Shown here: piece after piece, positions 59,809-64,000 of the stretch
How positions within the stretch are numbered: the stretch's first letter is position 1
Layout of the letters: each line of letters opens with the position of its first letter
DNA from: Candidatus Binatia bacterium
GTDB lineage: Bacteria; Desulfobacterota; Binatia; UBA9968; CAXXLF01
Assembly (NCBI GenBank): GCA_963664015.2
Contig: CAXXLF010000002.1
Coordinates: 288,001-352,000 of the forward strand
Reading direction: 5' to 3'
Length of the DNA stretch: 64,000 nucleotides
Notes under the pieces: model-generated
Seen by the model: only the letters and a program-made list of their open reading frames with translations
Databases searched by the model: none
Told to the model about the DNA's origin: nothing
Translations under genes and position numbers: made by a program

Positions 59809-60600
59809 ATGAAGCAAGAAATCATTCTAGGAATTATTCAAGGTATGACGGAATGGCTTCCCGTCAGTTCCGAGGGGCTTATTGTTCTGGCTAATATCCA
59901 CCTATTTGGAAAGGACGACTTGAGCGAAAGTATTCAACTCGCGCTTTTTCTTCATCTGGGGACCTTTTTTTCCGCACTGATCTACTTTCGGTGCAAGATT
60001 TGGCAATTGCTCAAGTCGCTATTTCACTATCCCCAATCCAGTCTGGAACAGCAGGCAACATTGAAATTTCTTATGATCAGCACGCTGATGAGCGGTCTCA
60101 TCGGGTTCGGCTTGTTGCAGACCCTGATCCACTTGGAAGAGCAACTCCTCACTTCCGGAAGGGTATTGACGGGCCTAATCGGACTTCTGCTTCTCGTTAC
60201 CGGGGGGCTCCAACTCTCGGCTCGGGCCGGGCAGCCGAGAAGTGCCAAGGACTCGTCGGTTCTGGATGCCGTTATCTTGGGCGTGGTACAGGGTCTGGCC
60301 ATATTGCCAGGCCTTTCCCGTTCCGGTCTGACCATCTCTGCATTGCTTCTACGTAAATTCGATGACACCGACGCGTTGACCCTGAGCTTTCTGATGAGCC
60401 TTCCGGTCGTCCTCGGGGGTAATATCCTGCTTAACGCGAACGGTTCCCTCCTCACGACCTCGAATCTATTGGGCACCCTCTTCGCCTTTGGCTTTGGTCT
60501 GGCAACCATTCATATTTTACTCAAGGTGAGCAAAAGGCTGAATTTGGGCTATTTTGTACTTTTGTTCGGACTTCTGATGGCCGGGTCGACTTTGTTATAA
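59809..60600 (+). CDS. uppP: undecaprenyl-diphosphate phosphatase
   Basis: QGMTEWLPVSSEG, LHLGT and PGLSRSG. Confidence 0.93.
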   Translation: MKQEIILGIIQGMTEWLPVSSEGLIVLANIHLFGKDDLSESIQLALFLHLGTFFSALIYFRCKIWQLLKSLFHYPQSSLEQQATLKFLMISTLMSGLIGFGLLQTLIHLEEQLLTSGRVLTGLIGLLLLVTGGLQLSARAGQPRSAKDSSVLDAVILGVVQGLAILPGLSRSGLTISALLLRKFDDTDALTLSFLMSLPVVLGGNILLNANGSLLTTSNLLGTLFAFGFGLATIHILLKVSKRLNLGYFVLLFGLLMAGSTLL

Positions 60601-60778
60601 AATAGGTTTGAGCAATGACCGGGCTATGAAGTCGAAAAAGGGGTTAAGGTATAACTGCTACGTCTAACCAAAACCCTTTGCGTTGAGAATTCCAAACCGA
60701 GTGCCTTGATCGAGGATCATACACCCAACCATGGAAACCTTGGGGGCCATTCTCGGCGAGGAGCTTCAGAGACGAATT

Positions 60779-61171
60779 TCAGGCAGTATCGCCGTTTTGA
60801 GTTGTAGCCTGGTTGAGGAGGAGTTCAATTCGGGGTACGAGCTGCTCGTAGGTAAAAGGTTTCGCCATATAATCGGTGCAACCGCTCAGGAGGCAGTCAT
60901 CTTCCTCTATCTTACTCACTTTGGCTGTCATAGCGAGTATGGGGGTGCCTTGGGTCTTGGGATGCTGACGAACCTGGCGGGCGATCTCGAGGCCATCCAG
61001 ATCGGGCAGTACAATATCCAGAAGAATGAGATCCGGCTGCTCAGCCACTGCTCAATCTACAGCCTGCTTACCTTTCATCACCCCTATGGTCTCATAAGGG
61101 TTACGAAGCAACATCTCCAAGACTCTCAGCAGATCTTGATTATCTTCTAGGATGAGGATTTTCTTCTTCAT
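60779..61171 (-). pseudogene. single-domain response regulator (DivK/CheY-like) with in-frame stop
   Basis: MKKKILILEDNQD...QAVD-(TGA 61054-61052)-AVAEQPDLILLDIVLPDLDG...MTA...YMAKP. Confidence 0.85.
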
Positions 61172-61208
61172 ATCCAGAACGCTAGATCGTGACGTCAAAA
61201 CAATAAGC

Positions 61209-61223
61209 GCAAAAGGGGTGCCA
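61209..61223 (-). promoter_or_regulatory. sigma54 -24/-12 promoter
   Basis: TGGCAC-CCCTT-TTGC with exact GG-N10-GC spacing, 38 bp upstream of the response regulator ATG. Confidence 0.7.
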
Positions 61224-61399
61224 ATCCATATCCTATTGATTTACAACGATTCTCAGAATCAGTTAGCGAAGGATCTGCTACAAGGGGGGGCAAGTTTCTT
61301 CCAAAAATGCCTTATCCTGACATTCCTCAGTGTTCAACGATACTAGAAGATGGGCTACCTTTACCACCGGTCCTTTATCCCAATCCGTACAACGGCAAT

Positions 61400-62020
61400 C
61401 TATTCCAGAATGGACGTCAATTCGCCCTCCAGTTGGGAGGCCGATTGGAACTGAATCGAATGAATCCCAAGGTCTGCAGCCGCTGCAACAAATTCGGGTA
61501 TATCGTCTACGTACCACACGCGATCTGGAGCAAGCCCGGCCGTTTCCAATGCGTGTCGATAAATCTCCAATGCGGGCTTTTGAAATCCCACCCGATAGGA
61601 CACAATCAAGGCCTCCATCTTCTTGAATACCGAACAAACCGATTCGAGGTATTCGAAATGCAGTGGGTTGGTATTGGATAGGAGGAACAGACGACACCGA
61701 TCTGCCAATCGATGGATCAGCAAAGAAACCTCAGGATTCTCACGGAACCCTGAGTTCCAGATGGCCACGAACTCGTCGAAGCTGAGTTTCAAACGGTAGC
61801 TCGACGCCACCTCTTCGAAGAATCTCTGTGAAGAAATCTTACCCGTATCGAAATCTGCTAACAGCGCGGCGCTTCGTACTTTGATATCGGCGATAAAATT
61901 GGCCGGATTGTGGTACTCCAATTCCTCCGACAACCCACCCAACTTGGCTGCGACGGTCAGCATGTCCACATGGACAAGGACGTCCCCAAGGTCAAAAATA
62001 ATCAGATCCGGATGGTCCAT
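61400..62020 (-). CDS. HAD family phosphatase
   Basis: FDLGDV, LSNT, KP and VDD. Confidence 0.9.
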   Translation of the reverse strand: MDHPDLIIFDLGDVLVHVDMLTVAAKLGGLSEELEYHNPANFIADIKVRSAALLADFDTGKISSQRFFEEVASSYRLKLSFDEFVAIWNSGFRENPEVSLLIHRLADRCRLFLLSNTNPLHFEYLESVCSVFKKMEALIVSYRVGFQKPALEIYRHALETAGLAPDRVWYVDDIPEFVAAAADLGIHSIQFQSASQLEGELTSILE

Positions 62021-62126
62021 ACTTCCAGTTTGGCAAATTCTAGCGAAATTTCAATTCGCCGGTATGGCTTGGATTTGCATTCCCCCTGCACTTTCGATAA
62101 CTTTGCGCCAATAGAAGGAAATAGAC

Positions 62127-63362
62127 TTGAAAGCCTTTTTTAAAGCCATCACTCCCGAACAAGCCAGGCAGCACCTTCTCGATGTCGCCCCCGTAGGAAT
62201 CGAGCCCCTTGCAAGCACCCGAGCCCTCGGACGCGTGGTCGCAGAAGACCTCTACTCCCAAGTCCACCTGCCCCATTTCCATCGGGCAGCGATGGACGGA
62301 TACGCCGTCAGGGCTGAAGATACCTTCGGGGCAAGCACTAGCCTTCCGGCCTACCTAAAGCTCGTAGGCGCCGTTGAGATGGGAAAAGAAGTTACCCGTC
62401 CGCTCGCCAAAGGGGAAGCCATGCGTATCTCCACCGGTGGAATGCTTCCTCCCGACAGTGACGGGGTGGTTATGGTGGAATATACGGAAGAGGTGCCCGA
62501 AAACAGGGTTGAGATCCAACGTGGCGTTTCACCATGGAAGAACGTGATCCAGATCGGTGATGACATCAAAAAGGGCGAGCTCGTCTTCCAACGGGGTAGA
62601 CGTCTCAGGGGGCACGACCTGGGAGCACTGATGGGTATTGGAATCTCGACCCTCAACGTGCATCGAAAACCCAGAGTCGCCCTCATCTCAACCGGTGACG
62701 AAATTGTGGAGGCTGAACAACACCCCCTCCCCGGTCAGGTTAGAAATATCAATCAGCACTCCCTTGCCGGGCTGATCGAGGCTTGCGGTGCTGATCTGCG
62801 GGATCTAGGCGTCTATCGCGACCAGCGGGACTCACTAACCCAGGCTTTGAATACGGCCCTTGGGTCGGCAGACCTCGTATTGCTCTCGGGGGGTAGCTCC
62901 GTGGGCATTAGAGACCTCGCCTTGGAAGTGATTTTATCCCTACCTGAGGTACGTATCATATTTCATGGCATCTCGGTGAGCCCTGGCAAGCCCACCCTAT
63001 TTGCCAAAGTAGCCGGGATCCCATTACTGGGTTTACCAGGTTACCCTGTCTCTGCGTTGGTAATCTTCGACCTTTTTGGCGCCCCGTTGATTCGTAAATT
63101 GGGCGGCGAGGATTTAACCGGCGTGGGAAAGATCACGAAAACTACCCATGCCATTCTCAAAACCAATATTGCCTCCCAAACCGGTCGGGAAGACTATGTT
63201 CGCGTGAGCCTTACCCAGCATCAAGATCGGGTGTACGCGGAGCCTCTCCCCCACAAGTCTGGTGCCATCTTCACACTGGTGAGAGCCGATGGGATGATCA
63301 AGATCGATCTCAACCAAGAAGGCATCGAACAGGGGGAAGAAGTGGAAGTTATCCTGTTTTAG
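62127..63362 (+). CDS. moeA: molybdopterin molybdotransferase
   Basis: AAMDGYAV, STGDE, SGGSSVG, PGKP and LPGYP. Confidence 0.94.
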   Translation: MKAFFKAITPEQARQHLLDVAPVGIEPLASTRALGRVVAEDLYSQVHLPHFHRAAMDGYAVRAEDTFGASTSLPAYLKLVGAVEMGKEVTRPLAKGEAMRISTGGMLPPDSDGVVMVEYTEEVPENRVEIQRGVSPWKNVIQIGDDIKKGELVFQRGRRLRGHDLGALMGIGISTLNVHRKPRVALISTGDEIVEAEQHPLPGQVRNINQHSLAGLIEACGADLRDLGVYRDQRDSLTQALNTALGSADLVLLSGGSSVGIRDLALEVILSLPEVRIIFHGISVSPGKPTLFAKVAGIPLLGLPGYPVSALVIFDLFGAPLIRKLGGEDLTGVGKITKTTHAILKTNIASQTGREDYVRVSLTQHQDRVYAEPLPHKSGAIFTLVRADGMIKIDLNQEGIEQGEEVEVILF

Positions 63363-63376
63363 GCCGGTTAGAAAAC

Positions 63377-64000
63377 GTGGCTCGCAAAAGATATCTCAAA
63401 AAGACTCCTCTCAATGAGGCGCGGGAACTGTTCCTGAAAAGAATTGATTCATCCCTGATCGAAGATGAAACAGTTCCCGTATCTTCGGCTCTCAATCGCA
63501 TCACTGCCGAGCCTGTCTTCGCTAAAATCTCTTCCCCCCACTACCATGGTGCGGCAATGGATGGCATCTGTGTCCGCGCCCGGGAAACTTTCGGCACTAC
63601 AGAATTCACCCCAAAACGGCTTCGCCTGTTACCCGAAGGACAGGAATCGGAAAACGGATTCGTCTACGTCGATACGGGAAACGCCCTCCCCCCCTGGGGG
63701 GACGCCGTTATTATGATCGAACATGTTCGGCAGCTAGACGAAACAACGGTAGAAATTTTGGATGCGGCAACGCCCTGGCAAAACGTTCGACTGGTCGGAG
63801 AGGATATTGTTGCCACAGAGCCCCTTTTGCCTCGTCGCCACCGGCTCCGCCCATACGATCTCGGGGCGCTACTTGCCGCAGGGCATGTGAACATCAAGGT
63901 CAAATGCAAACCCAGAGTTGCCATTATCCCAACCGGTGATGAACTTATCCAACCGGGACAAAAGGCGGAACCGGGAAGGGTTATCGAGTTCAATTCGATC
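63377..64000 (+). CDS. moeA: second MoeA-family molybdopterin biosynthesis protein (runs off the window)
   Basis: GTG start, MARKRYLKK...AAMDGICV...VDTG...VAIIPTGDEL; open frame to the window end. Confidence 0.88.
   Translation, partial: MARKRYLKKTPLNEARELFLKRIDSSLIEDETVPVSSALNRITAEPVFAKISSPHYHGAAMDGICVRARETFGTTEFTPKRLRLLPEGQESENGFVYVDTGNALPPWGDAVIMIEHVRQLDETTVEILDAATPWQNVRLVGEDIVATEPLLPRRHRLRPYDLGALLAAGHVNIKVKCKPRVAIIPTGDELIQPGQKAEPGRVIEFNSI

Noticed and set aside
61052-61054. Selenocysteine in the response regulator
   Set aside because: This is not a Cys or redox position, and the nearby GGCTG/CAGCC hairpin starts only 5 nt after the TGA.

Overview
Bacterial chromosomal window (genetic code 11). 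The gene content (TctC, cupin, amidohydrolase, UbiD and SDR expansions plus REP-like intergenic repeats) suggests a Candidatus Binatia/deltaproteobacterial-type organism, which is inference only. Positions 1-40 kb hold a large aromatic/heteroaromatic catabolic region: a Rieske dioxygenase alpha/beta pair with a dihydrodiol dehydrogenase, a LigB-type extradiol dioxygenase, two gentisate-dioxygenase-like bicupins, three tandem monocupins, two amidohydrolases, two UbiD decarboxylases, a heme-oxygenase-like diiron protein, a thiolase/DUF35/CoA-transferase trio, FAH, a tripartite tricarboxylate transporter and lpdA. Two UGA-recoded selenoprotein candidates are missed by the ORF track: an AhpD/CMD-like protein with CxxU and a redoxin with UxxC, each with a SECIS-like hairpin starting 11 nt after the UGA. 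Two tRNA-anchored islands are delimited by direct repeats. One is a ~4.5 kb element at tRNA-Arg(CCT) with a dead phage-type integrase and an integron-style attC cassette array (including mscS) but no IntI. The other is a ~7.8 kb integrase-less element at tRNA-Glu(TTC) carrying potABCD-like genes and ornithine cyclodeaminase. Also present are a tandem LVIVD beta-propeller operon of unknown function, uppP, a HAD phosphatase and two moeA genes. About 14 disrupted genes point to ongoing genome decay. All calls come from reading the sequence and motifs by eye; no searches were run.
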